A stretch of 64,000 nt of DNA from Longimicrobiales bacterium (GCA_965198065.1 CBDAON010000004.1:1952001-2016000); one strand, 5' to 3'; counted from the first letter of the stretch, positions 11,374-22,033 are shown. Made by a program: numbers and translations. Notes: generated by a model from the letters alone, not told the origin.

Positions 11374-11628
11374 ATGTCGAAGTGGAATGTGGCCGCCCGC
11401 CTGCTTCGAGAGTTCTACGTTGCCCCGTATCGGGGCACGCTGGCTCGCCTGGCCCGCGACGAGGATGACCTGTTCATGCTCCTCGTCTACTCGGAGATGA
11501 TGGGCGTTCCGAACCCGGCGACCTACCACATGCTGGAGATCCTTCCCCTCCTTCACGATCGCTTCCACGAGTGGCATCGGCGGATGGGCATGGAGCACTC
11601 GCCCCTGAGCCATATCAACTGCTGTTAA
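11374..11628 (+). CDS. Small CC-terminal protein (cory-CC-star type)
   Basis: 84 aa, DDLFMLLVYSEMMGVPNPATY..LE.LP..FHEWHRRMG, ends INCC-stop. Lies between cstA and the arsA-like gene. Confidence 0.85.
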   Translation: MSKWNVAARLLREFYVAPYRGTLARLARDEDDLFMLLVYSEMMGVPNPATYHMLEILPLLHDRFHEWHRRMGMEHSPLSHINCC

Positions 11629-11636
11629 CCCCCACC

Positions 11637-12632
11637 ATGGTCCCAGTCCAGGACCAGCGGATCATCTTCGTCGGCGGTAAGGGTGGGGTGGGGAAGACGA
11701 CCACTGCCTCCGCTCTGGCGCTTCACTTAGCCGAGGCGGGCCAGACGGTTCTACTGGTCTCGACCGATCCGGCCCACTCCCTCGGAGATCTCTTCGATCG
11801 AACCATTGGGGACCAAGGTGTGGGGATCGCTCCCCGGGTCACGGCGCTGGAGATCGATCCGGATGGGGAGGTGGACAGCTATCTGCGAACCGTGAAGCGG
11901 AACCTCCGCGAGCTAGTGCGTCCGGAGATGTACGGAGACGTCGATGGCCAGATCGAGCTGGCTCGGATGTCGCCGGGAGTGCATGAGGCTGCCCTCCTTG
12001 AGCGGGTGAGCCGGATCATGCTCGAGGGGCCCGATAGCTACGACCGCGTTGTCTTCGACACGGCGCCCACCGGATCCACCCTTCGCCTTCTCGCGCTTCC
12101 CGAAGTGATGACGGCCTGGATGGAGGGTCTCCTGGAGCGGCGGGATAGAGCGGAGAGCTTCCGCGAGAGCCTCAGGGGTCTCTCGCCACCGGACGCCGGG
12201 GGCTCGCCTCGGGAGGATTCCAAGGAGGACCCCCGAGCGCGAAGGATCCGAGAGGTGCTCACGGATCGCCGCCGGCGTTTCACCGGTGCTCGCAGCCTGC
12301 TACGCGACCGGGACCAGTGCGCTTTTGTTCTCGTGGTTCTGGCCGAGAAGCTTCCGATACTCGAGGGTTATCGCGCCTACCAGGCGCTGGGAGAGGCCGG
12401 CGTGCCGGTCACGGCCGTCGTGGTCAACCGGGTCTTGCCCGAGATGGCGCTCGGGGAGTTCCTGGAGCACCGGAGGGAGCAGGAAGCGGCTTACCTCCGG
12501 GAGATCGACGAGCTCTTCGCTGCCATTCCGCGCGTCCGGGTGCCCCTGTTGGAGGAGGACGTGGGCGACATGGCCGGGGTGATCGCGGTGGGCCGCTATC
12601 TGTTCGGTCTAGCCCACCCCGCGACTGGGTAG
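11637..12632 (+). CDS. Single-domain ArsA/Get3-family ATPase
   Basis: GGKGGVGKTT, VSTDPAHSL, FDTAPTG, VVVNR. Confidence 0.92.
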   Translation: MVPVQDQRIIFVGGKGGVGKTTTASALALHLAEAGQTVLLVSTDPAHSLGDLFDRTIGDQGVGIAPRVTALEIDPDGEVDSYLRTVKRNLRELVRPEMYGDVDGQIELARMSPGVHEAALLERVSRIMLEGPDSYDRVVFDTAPTGSTLRLLALPEVMTAWMEGLLERRDRAESFRESLRGLSPPDAGGSPREDSKEDPRARRIREVLTDRRRRFTGARSLLRDRDQCAFVLVVLAEKLPILEGYRAYQALGEAGVPVTAVVVNRVLPEMALGEFLEHRREQEAAYLREIDELFAAIPRVRVPLLEEDVGDMAGVIAVGRYLFGLAHPATG

Positions 12633-14306
12633 AGGTCGCGGGGACCCGTCATCATCCATCGAAGTCCGGATTCTGCCCGGGACGGAGCGGCTGAGGGCCA
12701 GAGTGCTGTGGCGGGGACGACCGCTCGAACGGCCCGGAAAGTCGTCGCGGAAATGGCTTCCCAGGCTCTCCTCTCGTGCGAGGGCAGCGTGGGCGATCAA
12801 ACGCGCCGTGAGAAGGACGTTCCGCGCGTGCGGAGCGGTCCTGGAGGCGAACGAGGTCTCGATGGCGTCCAGTTCCCGGACGGCGCCGGCGAGGTCCGCC
12901 CCGTTCCGCACGATTCCCACTCGCTCCCACATGAGGACCCGGATGCGCTGGATCACCTCCGGGGGAGGCGTGGCGTGGGCCGTATCGAACGCGGCCGGGG
13001 ACGATGGCACGGGGGAGCCCGACCCTGGCGCCCGTCGGGACGGAGCGTCCGAGCGCGCGGCGAGCGCGCTGGCAATCGAGCGCGCCGCCCGTGGGCCGAA
13101 CACGAGCCCCTCGAGCAGCGAGTTGCTCGCCAGGCGGTTCGCCCCGTGGACTCCCGAGGCCGCGACTTCACCGGCTGCCCAGAGCCCGGTGAGGGAGCTC
13201 CGGCCCTCGGCATCCACCGCGATGCCCCCCATGTGGTAGTGGGCGGCCGGTGTAACCGGGATCGGCTCTCGGACGGGGTCCACGCCATGTCTCAGACAGA
13301 GTGCGTACACGCCCGGGAAGTCTACCGGGATGGCTTCGCCGGGTGACTCGCGACAATCGAGAAACACCCTGCGGCCTTCACGAATACGGCGCCAGATAGC
13401 TCGCGCCCCCCGGTCCCGGACGGCCAGGTCTCCGCCGGCAGCCGAGTCGTGAATCGCGCGCCCCATCTCGTCCACGAGTCGCGCCCCCGCACCCCGGAGT
13501 GCCTCGGTGACGAGGGGCAGCGGGTCGGTGTCCACGTCGAGGGCCGTGGGGTGGAACTGTACGAACTCCAGATCGCGGAGCGTCGCGCCCGCCCTCGCGG
13601 CCATCGCGAGCCCGCCACCATCCAGTCCGGGCGGTGCAGTGGTCCGGAGGTACACGCGGCCCGGCCCCCCCGTGGTCAGCAGGGTCGCGGAGGCGTCAAA
13701 GATCCGGAGGTAGCCCTGGGAGTCGCGCGTGAGGACGCCTCTTACGACCTCTCCCTCGAGGTGGAGGTCGACCGCCTCCAGGTGCTCGAACACCTGGATT
13801 CTCGGTGAGGATAGAACGGCCTCCCTCAGGGCCCGCATGACCTCCGCGCCGGTGCGATCTCCTCGAGCGTGGAGGATCCGGCGCCGCGAATGCGCTCCCT
13901 CGAGCCCGAGGGACAGGCCTCCTGATTCACCACGGTCGAAGCGAGCGCCGAGCTCGGCGAGCTCCTGCACCCGGTCGGGACCGTCGCGCGTCAGGATCTC
14001 CACGAGCTCGGAGCGAGCGAGGCCGTCGGCGGCCATCTCCGTGTCATGGGCGTGGAGCTCGGGGGAGTCAGACGGGTCCAGGGCGGCCGCGACCCCGCCC
14101 TGAGCAAGAGGAGAGGCGCCGTGACTGCCGGTGCTTCCCCGGGTGAGGATGGCGATGTGATAGTCGGGAGTCAGGCGGCCGAGCTCGAGGGCCGCGGAGA
14201 GCCCGGCCACGCCGGAGCCGACCACGATCACGTCGAACGAGCGGGGGTGGTGTGGTGCCTCGAGCGGGTCGGCCAAAGAGCTGTCGGGGCTCTTCCCTCC
14301 GATCAT
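12609..14306 (-). CDS. nadB: L-aspartate oxidase
   Basis: [56 protein letters not shown]. Confidence 0.95.
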   Translation of the reverse strand: MIGGKSPDSSLADPLEAPHHPRSFDVIVVGSGVAGLSAALELGRLTPDYHIAILTRGSTGSHGASPLAQGGVAAALDPSDSPELHAHDTEMAADGLARSELVEILTRDGPDRVQELAELGARFDRGESGGLSLGLEGAHSRRRILHARGDRTGAEVMRALREAVLSSPRIQVFEHLEAVDLHLEGEVVRGVLTRDSQGYLRIFDASATLLTTGGPGRVYLRTTAPPGLDGGGLAMAARAGATLRDLEFVQFHPTALDVDTDPLPLVTEALRGAGARLVDEMGRAIHDSAAGGDLAVRDRGARAIWRRIREGRRVFLDCRESPGEAIPVDFPGVYALCLRHGVDPVREPIPVTPAAHYHMGGIAVDAEGRSSLTGLWAAGEVAASGVHGANRLASNSLLEGLVFGPRAARSIASALAARSDAPSRRAPGSGSPVPSSPAAFDTAHATPPPEVIQRIRVLMWERVGIVRNGADLAGAVRELDAIETSFASRTAPHARNVLLTARLIAHAALAREESLGSHFRDDFPGRSSGRPRHSTLALSRSVPGRIRTSMDDDGSPRPLPSRGVG

Positions 14307-15340
14307 CCCCCGCTTCCCCGGCCCACGGCGAGCATGCGCTCGACCGCAGTCCTAGCCCGATCGGCCACGGCGGGATCGACCTCGATCCTGTGCTCGAGCC
14401 GCTCGAGGGAGCGCACGATCCCGGGGAGGGTGATCCGCTTCATGTGGGGGCAGAGATTGCAGGGCCGAATGAAGTTCACGTCCGGATTCTCTGCGGCGAC
14501 GTTGTCGCTCATCGAGCATTCCGTGATCATCGCGACGTTCTTCGGCTGGCGGTCGCGCACGTAGCCCGCCATGCCCGACGTGGATCCCACGTAATCGGCC
14601 TCGGCGAGCACCTCGGGTGGGCACTCGGGGTGGGCGAGCACAACGAGGTCTTCGGCCAGGGCACGGTACCGCCGCACTTCTTCGGTGGTGAACCGCTCGT
14701 GGACCTCGCAGCGTCCCTTCCAGCTGACGATCTCGACCGGCGTCTGGGTCGCGACGTAGCTGGCCAGGTATTCGTCCGGCAGGAAAATGACCCGGTCCAC
14801 GCCGAGGGACTCGATGACCTGAACGGCGTTCGACGAGGTGCAGCAGATGTCGCTTTCCGCCTTCACGTCCGCCGACGTGTTTACGTACGTGACCACTGGA
14901 ACGCCGGGATGCTGCTCTCGGAGCGCGCGGACGTCCGCGCCCGTGATGGATTCCGCGAGGGAGCACCCGGCCCGGAGATCGGGAATGAGCACGGTCTTCT
15001 GGGGACTGATGATCTTCGCGGTCTCGGCCATGAAGTGGACGCCGCAGAAAACGATGATCTCGGCGTCGGTCACGGCCGCCTCCCGAGCCAGGCCGAGGGA
15101 GTCGCCCCGGATGTCTGCGATCCCGTGGAAGATCTCGGGGGTCTGGTAGTTGTGCGCGAGGATGACGGCCTTTCGCTCCTCCTTCAGCTCCTGGATGCGA
15201 ACCAGGTAGGGCGCGTGAACCGGCCACTCGACCTCCGGGACCGCACCCCGGAGCCGCTCGAAAATGGGAGCCGCCTCCCGCGCGACCTGGGGCGTGTACT
15301 CGAGAGTCTCGGTTTCCTGGACAGCCGTGCGGGGTGCCAT
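14303..15340 (-). CDS. nadA: Quinolinate synthase
   Basis: [37 protein letters not shown]. Confidence 0.97.
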   Translation of the reverse strand: MAPRTAVQETETLEYTPQVAREAAPIFERLRGAVPEVEWPVHAPYLVRIQELKEERKAVILAHNYQTPEIFHGIADIRGDSLGLAREAAVTDAEIIVFCGVHFMAETAKIISPQKTVLIPDLRAGCSLAESITGADVRALREQHPGVPVVTYVNTSADVKAESDICCTSSNAVQVIESLGVDRVIFLPDEYLASYVATQTPVEIVSWKGRCEVHERFTTEEVRRYRALAEDLVVLAHPECPPEVLAEADYVGSTSGMAGYVRDRQPKNVAMITECSMSDNVAAENPDVNFIRPCNLCPHMKRITLPGIVRSLERLEHRIEVDPAVADRARTAVERMLAVGRGSGG

Positions 15341-15351
15341 CGAGGTACCTG

Positions 15352-15394
15352 TTATGCTCACTCTGAGTATATGAGGGTGAAAAAAAAGCGCCAA
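15352..15394 (-). promoter_or_regulatory. NadQ operator overlapping the nadA promoter
   Basis: Palindrome TTATGCTCA-CTC-TGAGTATAT (15352-15372) fits the NadQ box TTATRCTCA-N3-TGAGYATAA. The minus strand has TTGGCG-N17-TATACT. Confidence 0.85.
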
Positions 15395-15486
15395 AAGGGC
15401 TCGATGGAAGAACGCTAAGGGTGGTGATGTCGCGAAGTCAACCGCGATTGGCCATTAGCGTCATGTCCTGGACGCTATCCGGTCGC

Positions 15487-16455
15487 TCACCTGGACCCGG
15501 GAAGCCCGACCCCGGGAGCTCGCCTCTCCCGAAGGACCTCCCGGCGAAACCGGAATAGCTCCGCGGGGCGCCCGCCTGTGCTGGGATCCAGCCGGCCCGT
15601 TCCCTCGACGAGCCCCCCCCGCTCGACGAGCCGTCGGAAGTTTTGCTTGTGAAGCCTAAGACCCACCAGGGCCTCGACGACCCGCTGAAGGTTGAGAAGC
15701 GTAAAGGTCTCGGAGAGGAGCTCGAAGGCCACCGGACGGTAGCGCAGCTTCCCTCGGATCCTTCCCAGTCCGGTGGCGAGGATTCGCCGGTGATCCATAC
15801 CCATCGCGCGGCCGAGCCGGGAAGCCGGTGAGGCAGTCGGAACCGGGCGCGCACGGTCCCGCAGCGCCTCGTCCACCAACTTCACCTCGTAGAGGATCTC
15901 GTACCGGTCGAGCACCCGGTCCGCGTCCCAGCCAGCGCCCTCGAGGCCGAAGGCGATTCCCGCCCGCTCACGCCGCTCCTCTCTCAGGGGCCCTCGCGGA
16001 GCCTCTGCCGTCCAGGCCGAGAGCGCCGGAGCGATGGCTTCCCGGATGACCTCCGGAGGACCCTCTCTCCAGTCCTCCCAAGGGAAGAACGTGTACCAGT
16101 CCCTCCAGCGCGGCTCGGCCGGCCCGGTGGGCCGGTCCTCCCGAACCAGGGCAAGGTAGGCCACCGAGATAACTCGGGGACCGCTCGGGGTGGGTCGCGC
16201 CGCGCGATCGGCATCACCGAACGTGTAGAGCTGCTCCACGTAGCCGAGGTCGAGCCCCGTCCGCTCGCGAACCCAGCTGCGGAGCGTGAGCTCGAGCGTC
16301 CGATCCGCCTCGGGGTCGAGGGGCCCGTATGGGAGCACGTCGCCCTCGGTGTCGGTCCGCTCGGGAGCGGCAATCGTGAGGATGCGCGGGCTCTCCCTGG
16401 TCACCGCCACGATGACGGCGCTGAGCCCCACGACAACGGGTGGTTCCGGTGACAA
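15487..16455 (-). CDS. nadQ: NAD-responsive transcriptional repressor (NadQ, Nudix-like + wHTH)
   Basis: GYVEQLYTFGD, ISVAYLAL, FPWEDWR, DHRRILAT, LHKQNFRRLV, GGRPAELF. Upstream of nadAB. Confidence 0.88.
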   Translation of the reverse strand: MSPEPPVVVGLSAVIVAVTRESPRILTIAAPERTDTEGDVLPYGPLDPEADRTLELTLRSWVRERTGLDLGYVEQLYTFGDADRAARPTPSGPRVISVAYLALVREDRPTGPAEPRWRDWYTFFPWEDWREGPPEVIREAIAPALSAWTAEAPRGPLREERRERAGIAFGLEGAGWDADRVLDRYEILYEVKLVDEALRDRARPVPTASPASRLGRAMGMDHRRILATGLGRIRGKLRYRPVAFELLSETFTLLNLQRVVEALVGLRLHKQNFRRLVERGGLVEGTGRLDPSTGGRPAELFRFRREVLRERRAPGVGLPGSR

Positions 16456-16516
16456 TTTGGTCGTATTTTCTCGGCAGCTACGGAAGTGGCGGCGTCCCTA
16501 TTTACAGGAGCCATTT

Positions 16517-18730
16517 ATGTCCACGAGGCCTGGTGTACGGTTCAACTTATCACGCAGGAGCTGCTCCGCGGGGGTGTCGGCGGCGCTCGTGAGCTTCGGT
16601 TTGGTAGGGGCGGCCCCGTCGGGAGTTGCCGCGGCGGTACAGCAGCCGCAGGCGGCGGACGTGCTGCTTGCTCCCGTCGAGGTCACGGTTCTTCGGACTC
16701 CGTTCTTGAGCGACCAGGCACCCTTTGCTGTTGCGGTGCTAACGCAAGAAGACCTCCGGCGAGGTAGGAGCGGTGTGTTCATCGAAGAGGCGCTCCAGCG
16801 GATGCCCGGCGTTCAGGTGCAAAACCGGTTCAATCCCGCTGTCGGCGAGCGAGTGATGATCCGCGGCTTCGGGGCTCGATCCCAGTTCGGCCTTCGTGGC
16901 TTCCGGGTGGTGGTAGACGGGATTCCGGCTACGCTCCCCGACGGTCAGACAACGCTCGACCACCTCGACATTGGGTCGCTCGGGAGGGTGGAGGTGATGC
17001 GGGGCCCGTCATCGGCGCTCTTCGGTAATGCGGGAGGCGGTGTATTGTCGTTCAGCACGCGGGCGCCTGCCGCCGGCCCGTTCGAGGTCGAAGTCGAAGG
17101 GGTGGGCGGGAGCCATGGTCTCTTTCGGGGCCAGGCCACTGCCTCGGGGACGGTGAACGGAACCGGATATCTCTTCTCCGCCTACAGGCTCCAGGCGGAT
17201 GGGTACCGGGAGGTGCCGGAGACCTCGTTCTTCTTCCGTGACTTTCCGGAGTACGGTGAGTACGAGCGAGTCGGATTCAACGCCAGGGTCACGCGGCCGC
17301 TCGCCGGGGGCGAGCTCTCCCTGACCGCGAACGTGCTGGATCTCCAGGCCGATAACCCCGGGTCCGTTGCGGCGGGCGCGCCGTTCGGCACTCGGGTGAT
17401 CGGCGCCGATCCTCTGGACAACGATCCCTTCCGAGGGGTCTGGAACACCTACCTCGTCTTTGTCACGAGGAAAGAAGTCGACCAGCAGCAGGGAGGGGCC
17501 CGGTGGACGGGTGCGATCGGGGGCTTCGAGGGGGACTTCTCCGTCTACGCGGTCCATCGAGCGGTTTGGAACCCGATCCCCGTCGACCTCATCGATCTTG
17601 ATAGAAACGGGGGAGGGGCTCGAGCCGCCCTGTCTCGCTCCTACTCCACCGGCGCGGGGGAGTTGGAGTGGCGTGCGGGAGTGGACCTCGACCTTCAGAG
17701 CGATGATCGCAAGGAGTGGGGGAACGACGATGGGGCGCCTCCTCCGGGCGAGCCTGCACTCCAGGACCAGGAAGAAAAGGTGCGCGGTCTGGGAGTCTTC
17801 CTTCAGGTGAACCTCGAGCTGCCGGGCGGTGCCGACGCCCTCGGGGGGCTCCGGTACGATAGTCACCGCTTCGAGGCCGTCGACCGGCTCTCCGGGGGCG
17901 TGGACGACTCCGGGTCCCGGACGATGACCGCGTTCAGCCCTTCGATCGGAGTGAACGTTCCGGTTGGCGGCGCGCTGAATCTCTTCGGCTCGTTCAGCAG
18001 CCTGTTCGAGACGCCCACGACGACCGAGCTGGCTAACCAACCGAGTGCGGCGGGTGGCTTCAACCCGAATCTGGATCCGATGGACGGCAAGGCGTACGAG
18101 CTTGGCGTGAGAGGGGATCTGGGGTCGAGCGCTGCCGTCGAGGTGACGATCTACCAGACCGACCTGAATAACGAGATCATCCCCTTCGAGGTGGCGGGCT
18201 CGCCGGGGAAGACGTTCTCCCGGAACGCGGGGACATCGCAGCACCGGGGCTTCGAGGGGACGTTCTCGGTCGCGGACCCGACGGGGCTCTTCCGCGGCGA
18301 CGTCACGTTTACGCACACGAACGCGGAGTTCGAGGACTACGACGTGGACGGCGAGGATCTCGGCGGAAACAAGATCCCCGGGGTTTCGCCGAATCGTCTT
18401 CAGGCGCTGGCGAGGTTGAGCCCCCAGCAGCTGTTCGGTGGAGCGTTCGCGGAGGTCGTCGCAACATACATGGACGAGGTTCCGGTCAACGACGAGAACG
18501 ACGCGGGCACAGCTGCGCCCTCATACACCATTTTCGATCTCCGGGCGGGCCTCGACGGCGTGTCGGTTGGAGGCGCCGTGCTGACACCGTGGGTGGCGGT
18601 GACGAACCTCCTCGACGAGGAGTACATTGGCTCCGTGGCGGTGAACGCCTTTGGGGGCCGGTTCTACGAGCCGGGTCCTCCGAGGTCCTTCCAGGTCGGG
18701 CTCCGGGCAACGCTCGGCGGCGGCGACTGA
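16517..18730 (+). CDS. TonB-dependent receptor, YncD/PqqU-like
   Basis: Plug RGFGARSQFGLRG..DGIPATLPDGQ..EVMRGPSSALFGNAGGGV, FETPTTTEL, C-terminal FYEPGPPRSF. AGGAG RBS. Confidence 0.9.
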   Translation: MSTRPGVRFNLSRRSCSAGVSAALVSFGLVGAAPSGVAAAVQQPQAADVLLAPVEVTVLRTPFLSDQAPFAVAVLTQEDLRRGRSGVFIEEALQRMPGVQVQNRFNPAVGERVMIRGFGARSQFGLRGFRVVVDGIPATLPDGQTTLDHLDIGSLGRVEVMRGPSSALFGNAGGGVLSFSTRAPAAGPFEVEVEGVGGSHGLFRGQATASGTVNGTGYLFSAYRLQADGYREVPETSFFFRDFPEYGEYERVGFNARVTRPLAGGELSLTANVLDLQADNPGSVAAGAPFGTRVIGADPLDNDPFRGVWNTYLVFVTRKEVDQQQGGARWTGAIGGFEGDFSVYAVHRAVWNPIPVDLIDLDRNGGGARAALSRSYSTGAGELEWRAGVDLDLQSDDRKEWGNDDGAPPPGEPALQDQEEKVRGLGVFLQVNLELPGGADALGGLRYDSHRFEAVDRLSGGVDDSGSRTMTAFSPSIGVNVPVGGALNLFGSFSSLFETPTTTELANQPSAAGGFNPNLDPMDGKAYELGVRGDLGSSAAVEVTIYQTDLNNEIIPFEVAGSPGKTFSRNAGTSQHRGFEGTFSVADPTGLFRGDVTFTHTNAEFEDYDVDGEDLGGNKIPGVSPNRLQALARLSPQQLFGGAFAEVVATYMDEVPVNDENDAGTAAPSYTIFDLRAGLDGVSVGGAVLTPWVAVTNLLDEEYIGSVAVNAFGGRFYEPGPPRSFQVGLRATLGGGD

Positions 18731-18787
18731 CGGGCTCGGCCGCCTCTTCCGGTCTCCTCGCGTCAGGTAAGCGGCCGACGCGAGGCG

Positions 18788-19915
18788 TCAGCGGAGGGGG
18801 CGGCGGCCGAGCCCGGTGAGGTTCGTTCCCAACACCAGCGTCGTCTCCACCTGGTGCGTATCCGCGTCGATCACGACGAGAGACGCCGCGGCCCGGGCGA
18901 CCACGCCGGGGTCGTCCATGGCCTGAGCGATCGCGTTGTTGTTCGTGACGAACACGCGCGTACCGTCGGGTGAGAAGGTCAGCGCATGGGGCTGGACGAT
19001 TCCCTCCCCGGTTATGCGGTCCGTCACGCTCCAGCTCCGAGCGCTCACGACCACAACCTCGTTCGATCCCTTCACGGGAACCCATACGGTTTCACCGTCC
19101 GGGGCGAAGAGGGGGTCGAAGGGCTGGGTGCCCACGGCCACGGACACGAGCACCCGCGGGTGGACCGGATCCTCCAGGCTGAACACGACGAGCTCGCCCG
19201 AGACCTCGCCCGAGCCGACCATCGTGCGCCCGTCGGGTGAGACCGCGAGCTGGACCAGCGCGTGCACCGGCCCCGGCACGTCGGTGAGCTCCACCCGCCC
19301 CGACTCGAGATCCACGGTCGCCATGCGGTTCTGCGCGATGCTCGCCGTGTAGGCGTACCGACCGTCGCGCCCGACCGTGATTCCGTGCGGCCGTGGAAGA
19401 AAGACGTCGAGCTCCTCCACCTCCCAGGGGAGCCCGCTCGCAAGGCCGATCCGGGGCGGTGGGCTCACCGCGCTCATCGACCGCGTAGCGAGCAGCAGGC
19501 CGCCACTCCCAGGACTAACCTCGACCATACCTGGGGTCTCCATCGTGACCGTCCCGACCAGCTGGCTTCGATCGTCGAAGCGGAGAACCCGGTTCTCGCC
19601 GACGAGCGAGACGTACCAGTGGGAGCCGTCCGGATCCACGGCGATGTCGTGCGGCCTGGCTCCGGCACCGAAGCCCAGCTCGACGAGGGAGATCGTCTGC
19701 GTCACTTCCAGCTCGACCATGTCCACGATCGCGACACGGGCATCGTCCTGCACACACACGAAGAGGAAGGAGTACGGGATCCGCTCCGCTCCGCGCCCGG
19801 CCGACACCGGGCCGCCCGCGGCGCATCCCTGAGCCGACAGCGCCGCGGCTAGGATGCCCGCCAGGATCGCCGGGTGGCCGCGTCCTGAGGTGCTGCTCTG
19901 GAGCTTCTGGGCCAT
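18788..19915 (-). CDS. YncE/YVTN beta-propeller lipoprotein
   Basis: Lipobox AQGC and repeats PHDIAVDPDG, PHGITV, PHALTFSPDG. Confidence 0.8.
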   Translation of the reverse strand: MAQKLQSSTSGRGHPAILAGILAAALSAQGCAAGGPVSAGRGAERIPYSFLFVCVQDDARVAIVDMVELEVTQTISLVELGFGAGARPHDIAVDPDGSHWYVSLVGENRVLRFDDRSQLVGTVTMETPGMVEVSPGSGGLLLATRSMSAVSPPPRIGLASGLPWEVEELDVFLPRPHGITVGRDGRYAYTASIAQNRMATVDLESGRVELTDVPGPVHALVQLAVSPDGRTMVGSGEVSGELVVFSLEDPVHPRVLVSVAVGTQPFDPLFAPDGETVWVPVKGSNEVVVVSARSWSVTDRITGEGIVQPHALTFSPDGTRVFVTNNNAIAQAMDDPGVVARAAASLVVIDADTHQVETTLVLGTNLTGLGRRPLR

Positions 19916-20179
19916 CGACGGGACGGAGCGTGGAGAGAGCGAGCGTGTACCGGAAGTCGGCGCCCCGAATATGCCGCGAGCGGGCTCGAGCGGCCAGGAG
20001 GGCGGCCGACCGCCTGCCGGGCCGGCGGACCCACCGGGGGGTCCGGTCCGCTCGACGAGCTCCGATCCAGGACTAGCCCCGATCCTGCCCCCCCAGCGCC
20101 GTTCCGTTAAGATTCTCCGGCTACCGATCGGGCCCCGTCCGCCCGGTCCCGAGGCGCCGTCGCTCGCTCGCAGGCCACC

Positions 20180-22024
20180 ATGTCCATCCGGAACGTCGCC
20201 ATCATCGCCCACGTCGATCACGGAAAGACGACGCTGGTCGATCACATGCTCCGCCAGGCCGGGGTGTTCCGCGCCAACCAGGACATGCCGGAGCGCGTGA
20301 TGGACTCGAACCCGCTCGAGCGGGAGAGGGGAATCACGATTCTGGCGAAGAACGCCTCCATGCTGTGGAGAGGCGTCAAGATCAACATCGTTGACACCCC
20401 CGGCCACGCCGATTTCGGAGGCGAGGTCGAGCGCATCCTCCGCATGGTGGACGGCGTTCTCCTGCTCGTGGACGCGGTAGAGGGCCCGATGCCCCAGACC
20501 CGGTTCGTCACCAGCAAGGCGCTCGGGCTCGGCCACATGCCGGTCGTGGTCATCAGCAAGGTGGATCGGAGCGCGGCCCGCCCCGCTCAGGTCCACGACG
20601 AGGTGCTCGGGCTCTTCATGGAGCTCGAGGCGTCGGACCGTCAGCTGGACGCGCCGTTCGTCTACGCGTCGGGGCTGCGGGGCTGGGCCAAGGTCCGCCT
20701 GCGCGACGAGGCGAAGGACCTGTCCCCGCTGTTCGAGGCCATCCTCGCCCGGGTGCCCGCTCCTTCCGGGGATCCGGACGGACCGTTTCAGATGCTGGTG
20801 TCCACCATTGACCATTCGGCCTATCTGGGGAGGATCGCGATCGGGCGGATCGAGCGCGGCGTCGTTCGCAAGGGCGACGTGGTCGCCCTCCTCCCCTTCG
20901 GGGAGCCCGGGCCGGTTCCCGAGCTCGAAGCGGTGACCTCCAAGGTCCTGAAGATCTTCTCCTTCCGGGGGATCGAGCGGGTGGCGGTGCCCGAGGCCAC
21001 GGCGGGAGACATCGTCGCGCTGGCCGGGCTGGAAGCAGTTGAGATCGGGAAGACCCTCACCGATCCCGAGCACCGGGAGCGCCTGAGCGGGATCGAGGTG
21101 GAAGAGCCCACCCTAGCAGTGGACTTCTCGGTGAACGACTCTCCTTTCGCCGGGCTCTCCGGGAAGTTCGTGACGAGCCGACAGGTCCGCGAGCGCCTCT
21201 TCCGTGAGCTAGAGAAAAACGTGGCGCTCCGGATCGAGGAGACGAGCCAGACCGATGTGCTTCAAGTGTCCGGCCGGGGCGAGCTCCACCTCACGATCCT
21301 CATGGAGACCATGAGACGGGAACGTTACGAGTTCCAGGTCTCGAGGCCCCGGGTCCTCACCCGCAAGGACGCGCGCGGGAACCTCCTCGAACCGTACGAG
21401 GAAGTGCTGATCGAGATCCCCGACGGGATGGTCGGCGTCGTCATGGAAAAGATGGGGCCCAGGCGGGGAGAGATGCTGGACATGAGGCCGTCGGGAGAGG
21501 GGACCACGCGCCTCCGCTTCCGTACCCCGGCGCGCGGGCTCTTCGGGTACCGCTCCGACTTCCTCACCGACACCCGTGGGATGGGGCAGCTCCATCACCG
21601 CTTCTTCGAGTACGGCCCGTGGGCGGGATCGATCTCGGGGCGCCGCCGGGGAGTCCTCATCGCCGACCGGGAGGGGGAGGTAGTCCCCTACGCCATGTTC
21701 AACCTGCAGGACCGGTCGACCTTGTTCATCCGTCCCGGCGACCCCGTCTACGCCGGAATGATCGTGGGTGAGCACGTTCGCCCGGGGGACCTTGACGTGA
21801 ACGTCTGCCGCGAGAAGAAGCTCACCAACATGCGAGCCGCGGGAGCGGACGAGGCTGTCCGGCTCGAGCCGCCCCGCGAGCTGACCCTCGAGCTGGCGCT
21901 CGAGTTCATCGAGGGCGACGAGCTGATCGAGGTGACGCCGTCGGCTCTCCGGCTCCGGAAGCGGGAGCTCGATCCGAACGCTCGGAGGAAGACCCAGAGG
22001 GCGCTCGCGTCCCAGAGCTCGTGA
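20180..22024 (+). CDS. typA: Translational GTPase TypA/BipA
   Basis: IAHVDHGKTT, ERERGITILAK, DTPGHADFGGEVER, GRGELHL, KKLTNMRAAG. Confidence 0.98.
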   Translation: MSIRNVAIIAHVDHGKTTLVDHMLRQAGVFRANQDMPERVMDSNPLERERGITILAKNASMLWRGVKINIVDTPGHADFGGEVERILRMVDGVLLLVDAVEGPMPQTRFVTSKALGLGHMPVVVISKVDRSAARPAQVHDEVLGLFMELEASDRQLDAPFVYASGLRGWAKVRLRDEAKDLSPLFEAILARVPAPSGDPDGPFQMLVSTIDHSAYLGRIAIGRIERGVVRKGDVVALLPFGEPGPVPELEAVTSKVLKIFSFRGIERVAVPEATAGDIVALAGLEAVEIGKTLTDPEHRERLSGIEVEEPTLAVDFSVNDSPFAGLSGKFVTSRQVRERLFRELEKNVALRIEETSQTDVLQVSGRGELHLTILMETMRRERYEFQVSRPRVLTRKDARGNLLEPYEEVLIEIPDGMVGVVMEKMGPRRGEMLDMRPSGEGTTRLRFRTPARGLFGYRSDFLTDTRGMGQLHHRFFEYGPWAGSISGRRRGVLIADREGEVVPYAMFNLQDRSTLFIRPGDPVYAGMIVGEHVRPGDLDVNVCREKKLTNMRAAGADEAVRLEPPRELTLELALEFIEGDELIEVTPSALRLRKRELDPNARRKTQRALASQSS

Positions 22025-22033
22025 TCTTGATCG

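Noticed and set aside
11614..11628. Possible selenocysteine in the CC-terminal protein
   Set aside because: The codons are TGC TGT TAA, with no in-frame TGA.
11637..12632. ArsA as part of arsenic resistance with arsR-arsM
   Set aside because: It lies about 36 kb away, is single-domain, lacks metalloid-binding Cys, and has no arsB/arsD partner.
16456..16516. Cobalamin riboswitch before the TonB receptor
   Set aside because: The intergenic gap is about 60 nt and has no B12 box.
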